From positions 6,562 to 70,561 of the forward strand of contig CAUUSW010000006.1 of the NCBI GenBank assembly GCA_963548005.1: a stretch of 64,000 bases of DNA, read 5' to 3'. Shown here in pieces: positions 49,149 to 59,312 of the stretch. Source of the DNA: an uncultured Candidatus Saccharibacteria bacterium. Its GTDB lineage: Bacteria > Patescibacteriota > Saccharimonadia > Saccharimonadales > Saccharimonadaceae. Made by a program: the position numbers and the translations under genes. Within the stretch, counting starts at the first letter, position 1. Each line of letters begins with the position of its first letter. Below the pieces are notes generated by a model. It worked only from the letters and a program-made list of their open reading frames with translations. It searched no databases and was not told the origin of the DNA.

Positions 49149-50027
49149 TTACTTTTCAGCTTTTTCTTTCACCAGATTGACGAAGTCTTTCTCGTGCTTC
49201 TGCAAATTTGATTCTTGGATTTTCTTGGCAAAATTGGATAGCGGGTTTGACCTGCCTGACGACAGGCGCGGTGCCTGAACACTGTAATCTTTATTGGCGC
49301 GTGCTACAAAGAAATCACCTAACGCCTTGTAATACTCTTTCATCTGCTTACCAAAGTCCTGCACTTCTTTTTGCTCTGATTTGATAATGTTATCGAGTAA
49401 CTGATAGCAGCCGCTCATTTTTTCATCGTAGAGCTTCCTAACTTCATCTGCTGGCTTACCGATATAGCTAAAATAGCTCGGTGAACACTTCTTGGAGAAG
49501 TCTTTCATATCTCCTATCAGACTGGCAATGGCAAGCATATTTGGGCGCACCTTTTCATAGGCAGTCTTGTACTCGCCAAAGGATTTTTTGGTCTCCTCGT
49601 CGCGCATAATCTTCGATGAATCAAGCTTCTTCATCATCAAATCAGCACGTCCCACCGCCTCTTCAATCAGCTTCTTTGCGTTATCAGCATTCGACGACTT
49701 GAGTGCCGAGTTGAGGCTGTTGCCGTCAAACTCCTTCAGTGTCTTAGCAGCTTCTTGGTAGTCGGCTTTTGATGGCCCACCAAGGAATATAACAGCCAGC
49801 ACAATGCCAACCACGATAACTATCAAACCTATTGAACCGCCAATGATACCCCATAGCGCACCCTTGCTCAACCCTTTCTTGGGCTGCATCGGTACACCTT
49901 GCTGCAGTGGCTGCTGTGGCTGCGGCACCGGTGGTACTGGCTGCGAGGGCGCCGGAGCAGTCTGCTCGGTCGCCACGGGCGATGTTGCTGTCGGTTGTGG
50001 TACGTTCTTATTATTCTTGTCGTCCAT
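49149..50027 (-). CDS. Hypothetical membrane-anchored protein (Pro/Gln-rich N-terminus, helical ectodomain)
   Basis: GAGGGGG RBS; one TM; Lys/Glu-rich helical remainder. Confidence 0.75.
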   Translation of the reverse strand: MDDKNNKNVPQPTATSPVATEQTAPAPSQPVPPVPQPQQPLQQGVPMQPKKGLSKGALWGIIGGSIGLIVIVVGIVLAVIFLGGPSKADYQEAAKTLKEFDGNSLNSALKSSNADNAKKLIEEAVGRADLMMKKLDSSKIMRDEETKKSFGEYKTAYEKVRPNMLAIASLIGDMKDFSKKCSPSYFSYIGKPADEVRKLYDEKMSGCYQLLDNIIKSEQKEVQDFGKQMKEYYKALGDFFVARANKDYSVQAPRLSSGRSNPLSNFAKKIQESNLQKHEKDFVNLVKEKAEK

Positions 50028-50085
50028 AATCCCCCTCAATTACTCTTACATTCTCATTGTATCGTATTTTGCTAAAAAGCAAAAG

Positions 50086-52203
50086 TTACAACCCGATCAT
50101 CGTCAAGTTAATCTTACCGCGCTCATCAATGCCGGTGATTTTTACGCGAACGGTTTGTCCTTCCTTGACCACATCAGTCACCTTAGACACGCGGTGATCG
50201 GCCAGCTTCGAGATATGCACCATCCCGTCAATCCCCGGCAGAATATTCACAAAGGCCCCGAAATCTTTGATGCTGACGACCTTGCCTTCGTAGATTTTGC
50301 CAACTTCCGGCTCTTCGACCAGGCTTTTTATCCAGGCAAGCGCCTTCTCAATTGATTCGCCGTTCGGGCTGGCAATGGTGATCAGGCCGTCTTCCTTGAT
50401 ATCAACCTCAGCACCAGTCTCGCTGGTAATCTTGTTAATCACCTCGCCGCCCTTGCCGATGACCGCGCCGATTTTATCTGGATCAATTTTTAGCTTTTCA
50501 ATCCGCGGCGCGTACGGGCTAAGTGCTTCGCGCGGCGCTGGCAGCACACTCAGCATATGCTGCAAAATATGTGCCCGGCCCGCCTTGCTCTGTTCAATCG
50601 CTTGGCGCAGCACTGCCACCGGCAAGCCATGCACTTTCATATCCATCTGCAGCGCCGTGATACCCTTGGCTGTACCGGTCACCTTGAAATCCATATCACC
50701 GGCAAAATCCTCAGCATCGGCAATATCGCTCAGTACGTACGGCGTATCACCGTCCATCATTAGGCCCATGGCAATGCCGCTAACCGGCGCCGAGAGAGGC
50801 ACGCCAGCGTCCATCAGTGCCAGACAACTTGAACAGGTTGCTGCCATCGATGTCGAACCATTTTGGCTCATGATTTCGGTGACGGAACGAATAGCGTATG
50901 GGAATTCTTCCTCGCTTGGCAACACCGGTTTCAAGGCTCGCTCCGCCAAGTAACCGTGGCCAATCTCGCGCCGGCCTGGGCTGCCCATCCGCTTAACCTC
51001 GCCAACCGTATAGCCTGGCGCATTATAATGGTGCATGTAGCGCCGTTCACCGTCGTTAACCTCCATGGTATCAACCAGCTGCGCGTAACTCAGCGGCGCC
51101 AAGGTGACAATATTCATACCCTGCGTCACGCCGCGGGTAAACAAGCTTGAACCGTGTGCTCGTGGCAGCAAACCAACTTCTGAACTTAACGGGCGAATTT
51201 CAGTTAGTTTGCGGCCGTCTGGACGCATATTATCCTCGACGATACCGCGGCGAACATCTTTGTGCAATGCCAGCGTGAACGCCTCGTCATAATCATTGCG
51301 AACTTCGTTATATTCTTCTTCGCCTATGCCAAGTTTTTCGGCCATCGCTTGATGAAATTCAGCACGAATATTGCTAATCATTTCGTTGCGCTCCGGATAC
51401 GGCCGGCGGATTTGCTCACCCAATTTACCATCAACCCACTCATCAGCCGTCTGCTGAATTGTTTCGTCGGGTAAGACTAATTCATATTCTTGCGCGGCTG
51501 GCGCCACTTTGGCAGCTAGTTCGCGCTGCAACTGAATCGCTGGCTGCATCATCTGGTGCGCCCAGGCCATGGCGTCGACGATCACCTCTTCTGACACTTC
51601 CTTAGCACCAGCCTCCACCATGGTGATGCCGCTCTCGATACCCGCCACCACCAGGTCCAAATCAGATTGCTCACGCTCCTCTGGTGTCAAAAAGGCCTTA
51701 AACTCACCATTCACACGGCCCACCCGCAAGCCCGCCACCGGTCCGTCAAACGGCGTGCCGGTCAGCATCAAGGCGCTCGACGCCGCAATCATCGCCACCA
51801 CATCCGGACGGAAATCCGGATCCATGCTCAGCACTGTCGCCACGACTTGCACCTCTTGACGGTAGCCCTTTGGAAACAGCGGCCGAATCGGACGGTCAAT
51901 CAACCGACCGATCAGCACCGCCTCGTCGCTCGGCCGGCCCTCGCGTTTGATAAACCGCGAGCCAGAAATTTTACCCGCCGCATAAAACTTTTCTTCATAA
52001 TCAATCGACAGCGGGAAATAATCCAGCTGCACCGGCCGGCTGCCCACCTGGGCACTGCCCAAGACCACCGTATCGCCGTAGCGAACCAGCACACTACCAG
52101 TCGTCCGAAAACCAACGCGATTGACCTCCAGCGTCAGCGGTCGGCCGCACAGCTCGGTGGTAACGCTAAAAATCTCCTTACCACTTGGATTAATAATTGC
52201 CAT
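50086..52203 (-). CDS. pnp: Polyribonucleotide nucleotidyltransferase
   Basis: FIKREGRP, RLIDRPIRPLF, RREIGHG, NGSTSMA, GDMDFK, KH+S1 domains. Confidence 0.97.
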   Translation of the reverse strand: MAIINPSGKEIFSVTTELCGRPLTLEVNRVGFRTTGSVLVRYGDTVVLGSAQVGSRPVQLDYFPLSIDYEEKFYAAGKISGSRFIKREGRPSDEAVLIGRLIDRPIRPLFPKGYRQEVQVVATVLSMDPDFRPDVVAMIAASSALMLTGTPFDGPVAGLRVGRVNGEFKAFLTPEEREQSDLDLVVAGIESGITMVEAGAKEVSEEVIVDAMAWAHQMMQPAIQLQRELAAKVAPAAQEYELVLPDETIQQTADEWVDGKLGEQIRRPYPERNEMISNIRAEFHQAMAEKLGIGEEEYNEVRNDYDEAFTLALHKDVRRGIVEDNMRPDGRKLTEIRPLSSEVGLLPRAHGSSLFTRGVTQGMNIVTLAPLSYAQLVDTMEVNDGERRYMHHYNAPGYTVGEVKRMGSPGRREIGHGYLAERALKPVLPSEEEFPYAIRSVTEIMSQNGSTSMAATCSSCLALMDAGVPLSAPVSGIAMGLMMDGDTPYVLSDIADAEDFAGDMDFKVTGTAKGITALQMDMKVHGLPVAVLRQAIEQSKAGRAHILQHMLSVLPAPREALSPYAPRIEKLKIDPDKIGAVIGKGGEVINKITSETGAEVDIKEDGLITIASPNGESIEKALAWIKSLVEEPEVGKIYEGKVVSIKDFGAFVNILPGIDGMVHISKLADHRVSKVTDVVKEGQTVRVKITGIDERGKINLTMIGL

Positions 52204-52330
52204 AGATCCTCTCTTTCTCGCAAAGACAGTAACAGGTGTACGCGTGCTGGTTTATTATCAACACACCACACATCCATCACCGTCTGCGGGTTATATTCGC
52301 ACTTTCTATTATATCACAGGGCCGCATGCT

Positions 52331-53122
52331 TTATAGGAAGCCGGCCCGACCAAACGCATCCCGAACCGCAGCGAGCTGCTCACTTACTCGGTCCAAAACC
52401 TTTGGCGTTGGTAACAACACTTCCGGTGAGCTACCGCCAGCCGCACCAATGACTTGTTGTATCACATTAAAACTCTCCATTCCCGGCAGCATAGCAGTCC
52501 ACTCATACGGCTGCTCACTAGTTGGCGCTGTCGGTTGCCTCTGAGATACTGGCACAAAGGATAGCATCAGCTCTTCCGGATCAATTTCATACAGTATATC
52601 CCGAAAGGCACGTTCTGTCGGTAACCCTCGCCTCGATACTCCCCAAACCGCCATCAGCTCAGCGATCTTAGCTTCGGGCTTACCTGACAACAATTCAAAC
52701 GCGACGGCTACGCGCACCCTACTATCATCACCCAAATCCGAAGAGACTCCCGTGCCTATCACTGCTCGCTCAGAATGACCGGCCTTACGCAGTAGCGCAC
52801 TCCCCGTCATAAAACCGCGCTTACCTCCGCCTCGAGAGACAGATACCGATGCGGGTGGTGGTAATATCGGCGGCATTTCGCTCGTAAACACAGGCGCACC
52901 CTCAATACATCGCCGAAACATGTCACGGGCTTGATCATATATCTCATACGCCCCTTCAAGGTCAAGCTTCGAGGCATTCGTCTCTACCGATACTCTCCGT
53001 TGACTTTCATCGCCACGATTCATAAGCAGCCCACCAGCCGTAGCCGCCACTGCTCCAGCCGCACCAAACAACAGACCGCGCCGACTTATCCTTGATGGCT
53101 CTGCATTTATGTTTCTTACCAT
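52331..53122 (-). CDS. Hypothetical protein with twin-arginine-like N-terminus
   Basis: ISRRGLLFGAAGAVAA; GAGG RBS. Confidence 0.7.
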   Translation of the reverse strand: MVRNINAEPSRISRRGLLFGAAGAVAATAGGLLMNRGDESQRRVSVETNASKLDLEGAYEIYDQARDMFRRCIEGAPVFTSEMPPILPPPASVSVSRGGGKRGFMTGSALLRKAGHSERAVIGTGVSSDLGDDSRVRVAVAFELLSGKPEAKIAELMAVWGVSRRGLPTERAFRDILYEIDPEELMLSFVPVSQRQPTAPTSEQPYEWTAMLPGMESFNVIQQVIGAAGGSSPEVLLPTPKVLDRVSEQLAAVRDAFGRAGFL

Positions 53123-53131
53123 ACCGAACTC

Positions 53132-53728
53132 CTATTTGCACAAATACTCATGCGCACTTGAGCACTCAGCCTCAATAACATTTTGTTGAGTAACCGTACG
53201 CAGTGCCAGCTCATAGAGTATAAACATTGCCTCCTTAAGATCGGTAAGGTGCTCCTCACCAGCTGCTGACTCCAAGGCAGCAAGTTTGTGACTATCAATA
53301 TTGGTATCCTTAAATAACATCCCAAACAGCCGCTGAACCGATGCGAGGAGTTCTCCTCCTGTTTCTTTAAGCCGCTTTCGCGGCGGTTTATTCAGGACCG
53401 TTGGCCCCAACAAGTCATCCTTAAACATTTCATCCGGAAAAAAGTACTGCCAAAAATTATTAACAAATTTACTCGACGTATCAGAGCCGTCTTGCGACGG
53501 ATCCATACCGTTTTTCCAAAAGTCATCCGCATCTGTAAATCTTGGGTTATGATCATAAGCGCGTAACTCTGGGTCCAACTGCCCCTCGATATGCACTAAG
53601 TCATCACTCAACCATTCACCGGACGGACCAATCCGCTCCCTAACAGCAGCCAGAACTTCACTAACCTTCATCACTTGGTCAGCCACATCTGATGGTAATT
53701 TATCAGCCCGCGGTGCGTGTTCGTTCAT
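53132..53728 (-). CDS. Hypothetical acidic protein
   Basis: TGCTAAATT 7 nt before ATG 53728; operon-like with the downstream ORF. Confidence 0.7.
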   Translation of the reverse strand: MNEHAPRADKLPSDVADQVMKVSEVLAAVRERIGPSGEWLSDDLVHIEGQLDPELRAYDHNPRFTDADDFWKNGMDPSQDGSDTSSKFVNNFWQYFFPDEMFKDDLLGPTVLNKPPRKRLKETGGELLASVQRLFGMLFKDTNIDSHKLAALESAAGEEHLTDLKEAMFILYELALRTVTQQNVIEAECSSAHEYLCK

Positions 53729-53851
53729 ACTCTGTAATTTAGCATAAAAATTATAAAAAGTCAATCAGCGCCCCGTCAAACAGATCGGCACATGCTGATG
53801 AAACAACGACCCATACTACTAGGCTGACCCGCTCATGCTACAATATACCAA

Positions 53852-54445
53852 GTGAAGCAGATAATCCACGCCAAAAACCGCCGCCGATGGCTCAGTATGA
53901 GTCTGGCTCTTGTCCTGATCGCTGGCGGCAGCTACACACTCATCACAGTGTTTAGTCCATTCTTTCGCGCTCAGCTCATTGACCCAGTACGCAATGAAAC
54001 CACCCAGCTCCTCGCCGCTACGCCGGAAACCAGCATCACCGAGGACCGCCTCTATATTCCTAAAATTGATATTAACGTGCCGTACGCTACTGGCGGCGCC
54101 GAAATTATGGAGCGGGGTGCCTGGTGGCGTCGGCCAGAGAATGGCAATCCAGTTGATGGCGGTAATTTTGTCTTGTCGGCCCACCGATTTATCATGGGCC
54201 TGACGCCGCAGCAAACCATCCAAAAATCACCATTCTACAACATCGATAAGCTGCGCATTGGCGATGAAATAATTATTGACTACCGCGGCAAGCGCTATAC
54301 CTACGTCATATCCCGGCTATTTGATGTCAAGCCAGATGCCGTCCACATCGAAAACCGAACCAACAAGCCACAGCTCACCCTCTATTCATGCACGCTTGGC
54401 GGCGCAGCTGACGGCCGGACGGTCTTCGTGGCGACACCGCGCTAA
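53852..54445 (+). CDS. Sortase
   Basis: N-terminal TM; RLYIPKI, NFVLSAHR, LTLYSCT, R (His-Cys-Arg triad). Confidence 0.92.
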   Translation: MKQIIHAKNRRRWLSMSLALVLIAGGSYTLITVFSPFFRAQLIDPVRNETTQLLAATPETSITEDRLYIPKIDINVPYATGGAEIMERGAWWRRPENGNPVDGGNFVLSAHRFIMGLTPQQTIQKSPFYNIDKLRIGDEIIIDYRGKRYTYVISRLFDVKPDAVHIENRTNKPQLTLYSCTLGGAADGRTVFVATPR

Positions 54446-54449
54446 ATCA

Positions 54450-54484
54450 AAATACCCACCTCGTGATATATCAAGGTGGATATT
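54450..54484. terminator. Terminator between sortase and rpsO
   Basis: AATACCCACCT/AGGTGGATATT imperfect stem. Confidence 0.55.
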
Positions 54485-54504
54485 CGTACAACTACCCGGC
54501 GCGA

Positions 54505-54771
54505 CTATTTACGCAGACCCAGGGCAGCCACAACCGCTTTATAACTCTCAAAATCAGTTCGCTCCAGGTATTTGAGCAGGCGCTTACGCTTGCCAACCAT
54601 CTGGATTAAGCCACGGCGTGCCATGAAGTCGTGCTTATTCGCCTTCAGGTGCTTTGTGACCTCTTTGATACGAGCCGTCAAGATCGACACCTGCGCCTGC
54701 GGGCTGCCAACGTCGTCCTTGTTGACCTGAGTCAAAGCAATTGCTTTCGCTTTATCGTCTTTGCTAATCAT
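54505..54771 (-). CDS. rpsO: 30S ribosomal protein S15
   Basis: DVGSPQAQVSILT..HL..NKHD..RRGL..VGKRKRLL.YL. Confidence 0.96.
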   Translation of the reverse strand: MISKDDKAKAIALTQVNKDDVGSPQAQVSILTARIKEVTKHLKANKHDFMARRGLIQMVGKRKRLLKYLERTDFESYKAVVAALGLRK

Positions 54772-54822
54772 AGCCTCGTCATTATACCAATGCTACGCTA
54801 AAAACGCAAATCAGCTGCACTA

Positions 54823-55317
54823 CTAAAAGGTCTGCACGTAATTATACGCTGGATTACCGGTGGTCGGCACGGCGGCACCCGGAATGTTACAGGTCGCCTT
54901 GACCGCATTAACCTGAGCCGACTCCTGCGGCTTGGCGGAATTAAGAGCCGCAAATACCGCAATACCTGTTATCTTGCCAGAGGTATCTTTGCACGGATAC
55001 CAAACAAAAATATCGTTTGGATTTGACGCGTTCTTGCTGCTGACACCCTCGCGATACCCCGGCTGGATATACTGTGGTACAAGTGAGTCAACGCTATTAG
55101 CGTTGTTGAACGTCCCCTGTCCTGACGGCAGCGTTCGTTTCTGTGTGTCATATATCTGCAACGCGTCCCCAGCGATCTTGACGATGGAACGGATCTTGGT
55201 ATCGGTAGCGTCCTGGCGCACGCCCGAATACGCCACAATACCGATGGTCGCCAAAATCGCGATCACGACCATCACAATTAATAGTTCAACGATTGTAAAA
55301 CCTGTCTGCCTACCCAT
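54823..55317 (-). CDS. Orphan type IV pilin
   Basis: G|FTIVELLIVMVVIAILA signal; two Cys. Confidence 0.88.
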   Translation of the reverse strand: MGRQTGFTIVELLIVMVVIAILATIGIVAYSGVRQDATDTKIRSIVKIAGDALQIYDTQKRTLPSGQGTFNNANSVDSLVPQYIQPGYREGVSSKNASNPNDIFVWYPCKDTSGKITGIAVFAALNSAKPQESAQVNAVKATCNIPGAAVPTTGNPAYNYVQTF

Positions 55318-55334
55318 GTCTTGATAATAGCACT

Positions 55335-55991
55335 TCAAGACAAAATCCCAAAATCCGCTAATGGTTTTGCCTGGGCAACGTCATATTCAGCAATAGCCTG
55401 GCGGCGCAGCTGGCGGCAGTAGGCCCCTGTTTCCAGCTGCTGACCAATATCAACCGCTAAGCTCCGAATATACGTACCACTCGAAACATGCGCTCGAATC
55501 ACCAGACGAGGATACTCATAGGCAACAATCTCCAGGGCGTAGATCGACACGGTGCGCTCCGGCATATCGACCGGCTGACCCTGACGTGCCAGCTGATAGG
55601 CCCGACGGCCATTGATCTTGATGGCGCTAAATATCGGTGGGCGCTGTTTAATTTCACCCTCAAATGTACTGAGTACCGCTTCAATATCACTGCGAGGCGG
55701 CTGCCGCGCCGACACGTGAGTCAGTTCACCCTCAGGATCACCGGTCGTCGATACCTCGCCAAGCATGATTTCTGCTTCATACCACTTATCAAGCTTCGTA
55801 AAGGTATCAGCCTCACGGCACTTCTTGCCCGTCACGATAATCATCAGTCCCGTAGCAAACGGATCAAGCGTACCAGTATGGCCAACTTTCACTTTCTTGC
55901 CCGCCGCCTGGCTGAGCACTCGCCGCAACCGCGCTACTACCCCAAAACTCGTCATGCCAGCCGGCTTATCAATGAGCAGCACCTCGTCCAT
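55335..55991 (-). CDS. truB: tRNA pseudouridine(55) synthase
   Basis: DKPAGMTS, KVGHTGTLDPFATG, PPIFSAIK, SGTYIRSL. Confidence 0.96.
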   Translation of the reverse strand: MDEVLLIDKPAGMTSFGVVARLRRVLSQAAGKKVKVGHTGTLDPFATGLMIIVTGKKCREADTFTKLDKWYEAEIMLGEVSTTGDPEGELTHVSARQPPRSDIEAVLSTFEGEIKQRPPIFSAIKINGRRAYQLARQGQPVDMPERTVSIYALEIVAYEYPRLVIRAHVSSGTYIRSLAVDIGQQLETGAYCRQLRRQAIAEYDVAQAKPLADFGILS

Positions 55992-55994
55992 GGG

Positions 55995-57761
55995 CTATTT
56001 TTGCCCCGGGATCTGGAACTGGGACGGGTTAAAGGTGCGCGGTGCCGGGGCGGACGGTGCTGAAGGCGGTGTGTTCAACGCTGGCAGTCCACCATCGGCG
56101 GCACCGACCGGAGCTGGTGGCAGCGGTGGCAAGCCTGATCCTGAAAAGTCAGAGAAATCAGGCAGCGGTGGCAAGCCATGCATCACATTAGACTCAATGT
56201 CAGCGAGCGTAGCCGGAGCAGACGACACTGTCGGTAGCGGCGAAGATGAAACCACCGGAGCGGGCGAAGCTGCGGGTTCAAGCGGCGGTGCAGCAGCCAG
56301 CGCCTCGGTAATTGCCGCGCGGGCGTCGCGCTCAGAATCTGGCAGCGATGGCGGCGCGGTAGATTGAGTCTGCTTGTCAGCCAGCGCCTGCGTTTCCTCC
56401 TTCAGCGCGGCAATGACCGCTTCGTCTTTGTTGGTGGTCGCAAACGGGTCAACGTTCGGCGGTTCATCAGACTTCCCCATGGCGGCATTCAACGGCGATT
56501 CGCCGAGGGCCGGCCGCGACGCACCGACGTAGGTACCGTGATGCAAGATAGTCTTGTTTTGATCAGTATCAAGATCGCGGCGCTTATCCTCAGCCGCCCG
56601 CTCCGTCGTTGCGTTCAACGTTCCACCTAGTAGTGGCGTGGCCGTTTCTGGCTCAGCCGACACCGACGCACTGATTGGTTGCGATGTCGATGTCGCACTG
56701 CTCCGCCCGCTCGTCACTGACGCTGCTCGAAGGCGATCAAGCTGCGCCGTAGCCACACGAGCCGCTGTATCCTGCTCTTCGGCCCGAGTCTGCTTGGCCA
56801 CATCATCAAGGCTACCCCGCCGCTCGTGGCTAATCGACAACGCGCCATCATCTCTTTTTGACTCAGCTGGCTTCGAGCGTTTTCCCCGTTCAACCTTAAA
56901 ATTAGAGCCATCCTGGCCGTCATTATCCTGCGTCTCATCATCAGCTGCATCGGCCGCTTGCTTTGATTGCTCTGACTCTGAGTGTTCCTCGGCTTTGATC
57001 GCCTGCCCCTCGGCCAACTTAGTAGCAATCAGTTGCTGGTTCGCGCCAACCGCCATCAGCTCTGCTGCCAACGTCATCACCCGCGACGAGGTTAGGTTAT
57101 TACTGAACCGTTCTGTCGCCGCCACGACACCGGTCAGCAGTGCCGTTGCGATCTGCTCATCCATGGTCACTTTCGGTGTTCGTAACTCATCGATCAGGTC
57201 AACCAGCATCTCGCTGACACCTGACGCCTTATCATCATGCCAATCAACCGTCCCGAGACTACTCCTCACCATACCGGCGGTCACCGTCGACACCACCGCA
57301 TCATGCAAAATCTTGCCATGAGCCGTCAGCGCCTTGTCGAGATGATCCTGACTCTCAACATTAAGCGCAAGCACCAGTTCAATGTTATAATCGCCCTGCG
57401 AAAACTCTAGATCAGCCTCGGTAATTGTCGCCCGGTACGGCGTGATAAAAATCTTCACCGCATCATCAACCACCTTGTAGCGCAGATGGTCGGCTTTTTC
57501 CTTATCAAGCGCGATGATAAAATCACGCAGGCTGTCCGCCGTGGCTTCAAACGTCTCGTCAGGCTCGAGGAACGAAATCGCCGGCGGGACTTTGCCACTA
57601 AAAACAGCCGTGGCGTGCTTGCCCAGTTTATTTAGGAAAATTGTCAGCCCCAGCGCTGCCGATAGCTCGTCCACCGATGGATCAGCGCTCACCGTCACCA
57701 AGATATTAGTCACATCTTTGATGCTCTGAATGATCTGCTGCTTTTGTGACTGGCTCGCCAT
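55995..57761 (-). CDS. DHH-phosphoesterase-like N-terminal fold (catalytic motifs lost) with long disordered acidic/Pro-rich tail
   Basis: NILVTV..PSVD.LSAALGL, SGVSEM, ATALLTG..AT.RF layout matches NrnA/DHH, but no DHH motif. Confidence 0.7.
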   Translation of the reverse strand: MASQSQKQQIIQSIKDVTNILVTVSADPSVDELSAALGLTIFLNKLGKHATAVFSGKVPPAISFLEPDETFEATADSLRDFIIALDKEKADHLRYKVVDDAVKIFITPYRATITEADLEFSQGDYNIELVLALNVESQDHLDKALTAHGKILHDAVVSTVTAGMVRSSLGTVDWHDDKASGVSEMLVDLIDELRTPKVTMDEQIATALLTGVVAATERFSNNLTSSRVMTLAAELMAVGANQQLIATKLAEGQAIKAEEHSESEQSKQAADAADDETQDNDGQDGSNFKVERGKRSKPAESKRDDGALSISHERRGSLDDVAKQTRAEEQDTAARVATAQLDRLRAASVTSGRSSATSTSQPISASVSAEPETATPLLGGTLNATTERAAEDKRRDLDTDQNKTILHHGTYVGASRPALGESPLNAAMGKSDEPPNVDPFATTNKDEAVIAALKEETQALADKQTQSTAPPSLPDSERDARAAITEALAAAPPLEPAASPAPVVSSSPLPTVSSAPATLADIESNVMHGLPPLPDFSDFSGSGLPPLPPAPVGAADGGLPALNTPPSAPSAPAPRTFNPSQFQIPGQK

Positions 57762-57931
57762 TGTTGTGTCCCTGTTTATTTTTGTTTATACCTTTGAGTC
57801 ACATTATACATAAGCATTTCAGGAAAGTCAATAGATTATCGTCAATGCGAGCCACTCTTTACTTTTATTGGGTTTTTCTGTATAATCCATCCTTGATTAG
57901 CGAAACAAATTTATAGAGGTAAAGGAAATCT

Positions 57932-58300
57932 ATGCCAATCATCAAATCCGCCATCAAACGGGCCAAACAAACCCTAAAGCGCCGCGAGCGCAATATCGGT
58001 ATCAAGCGCGACATCAAGTCAGCCGTCAAAGCTTTCATGGCTGAGCCAGGCGCCGCAACGCTGGCCGCTGCCCATAGTGAGCTTGACACCGCTGTCAAGA
58101 AGAACCTGCTGAAGAAAAATACTGCTGCCCGGCGCAAGAGCGCCCTCTCAGCTATCGCTAAAAAGGCCGGCGTGAAGCTTGAAGCGACCAAAAAACCCGC
58201 CGCCAAAGTCCCAGCAAAGACGACAGCAAAAACCACCGCAAAATCAACCGCTACCAAAAAACCGGCTGCAAAAAAGCCAGCTACCAAAGAAGCTAAATAG
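57932..58300 (+). CDS. rpsT: 30S ribosomal protein S20 with Lys/Ala/Thr-rich tail
   Basis: MPIIKSAIKRAKQ, LDTAVKK..KNTAARRKS. Confidence 0.95.
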   Translation: MPIIKSAIKRAKQTLKRRERNIGIKRDIKSAVKAFMAEPGAATLAAAHSELDTAVKKNLLKKNTAARRKSALSAIAKKAGVKLEATKKPAAKVPAKTTAKTTAKSTATKKPAAKKPATKEAK

Positions 58301-58319
58301 CCGTTCGGTTTGCATCAAC

Positions 58320-58349
58320 AATACTCCCGTCGGTTGGCGGGAGTATTTT
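58320..58349. terminator. Terminator between rpsT and holA
   Basis: AATACTCCC/GGGAGTATT followed by T run. Confidence 0.75.
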
Positions 58350-58355
58350 ATTATG

Positions 58356-59261
58356 TTAATGTCTGGCAATATCAACCAGCGCTGCCTTGACCAACAGCCA
58401 CGGCGACACACGAGTCGTTTTCATCTGTTCATCAGCCTGCGCCAAGGCAGAGTTAATTACCGCGAGCTGCGCTGGTGTCGTCCGCACTGCATACGGCGCT
58501 ACCTTTCGCAGTGCATACGGATGGGCCGCAAAATCACGAGCCACCGCCCCCGTGTCACCACCAGATAGCACCAACGCGTTCAGCTGCACCAATTGTGAAA
58601 CCAGTAGCCCCAGCGTCTGGTACGCCCCATCATCACCGCTCTCCGCCTCGAGATAGGCAATGATTGCGCGCACTTTCCCCCGGTCGCCATCCAGTGTTGC
58701 CGCAAACAACTCAAACGCACTTTCAGCCGGAGCTAGCGGCACCAGCGCATCAATCAGCTCATCGTTCAACTCGCCAGCCAATGCCAACTGCTGCAACACC
58801 AGATCAAGCCGTAGCTGATCAAACCCCAACCGATCGATCAACGTTGTTGCCTGTGTCGCTGTCAACACTGCCCCATGCACCTTGGCTCGCTCAACACACC
58901 ACGCACTTAGCTGCGGCTTTTGACGTTCAGTGAAATGAGCGCATTCCCTTACCTCGGCATGGCTTTGCAGCCACTTATACGTCTTTGTGCGCTTGTCGAG
59001 TTTTGTCTCCAGAAGGACAACCGTGGTCGCCGTGTCGCTGAGTAGCTCCGGCAAATCACGCCACAGCGCCAGGTTCTGACTCGCATCAGCAATGACCACC
59101 GCCTGCTCAGCGGCAAACAAACTCTGCCCCATCACCACCTCACAGACCTCGGCGGCCGTCAGTTCTTCACCATCACACCGCACTACCTCCATATCACCAA
59201 CCAGCGCCGCAAGCGCCGCCCGTTTCTCAAACTCGTTGTCGCCGTAGAGGAGATAGATCAC
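58356..59261 (-). CDS. holA: DNA polymerase III delta subunit
   Basis: MIYLLYG, QSLFA, LDKRTK, FELF, HPYA.RK, AD.QMKT. Confidence 0.85.
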   Translation of the reverse strand: MIYLLYGDNEFEKRAALAALVGDMEVVRCDGEELTAAEVCEVVMGQSLFAAEQAVVIADASQNLALWRDLPELLSDTATTVVLLETKLDKRTKTYKWLQSHAEVRECAHFTERQKPQLSAWCVERAKVHGAVLTATQATTLIDRLGFDQLRLDLVLQQLALAGELNDELIDALVPLAPAESAFELFAATLDGDRGKVRAIIAYLEAESGDDGAYQTLGLLVSQLVQLNALVLSGGDTGAVARDFAAHPYALRKVAPYAVRTTPAQLAVINSALAQADEQMKTTRVSPWLLVKAALVDIARH

Positions 59262-59312
59262 GACCTAATTATAGCAAATACCCCCTTAGGTAATAGCTTT
59301 TGGTATACTGAT

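Noticed and set aside
50297..57321. Long antisense ORFs (50297-50953, 51667-52452, 55765-56367, 56638-57321)
   Set aside because: Shadows of pnp, truB and the DHH-like gene caused by codon bias.
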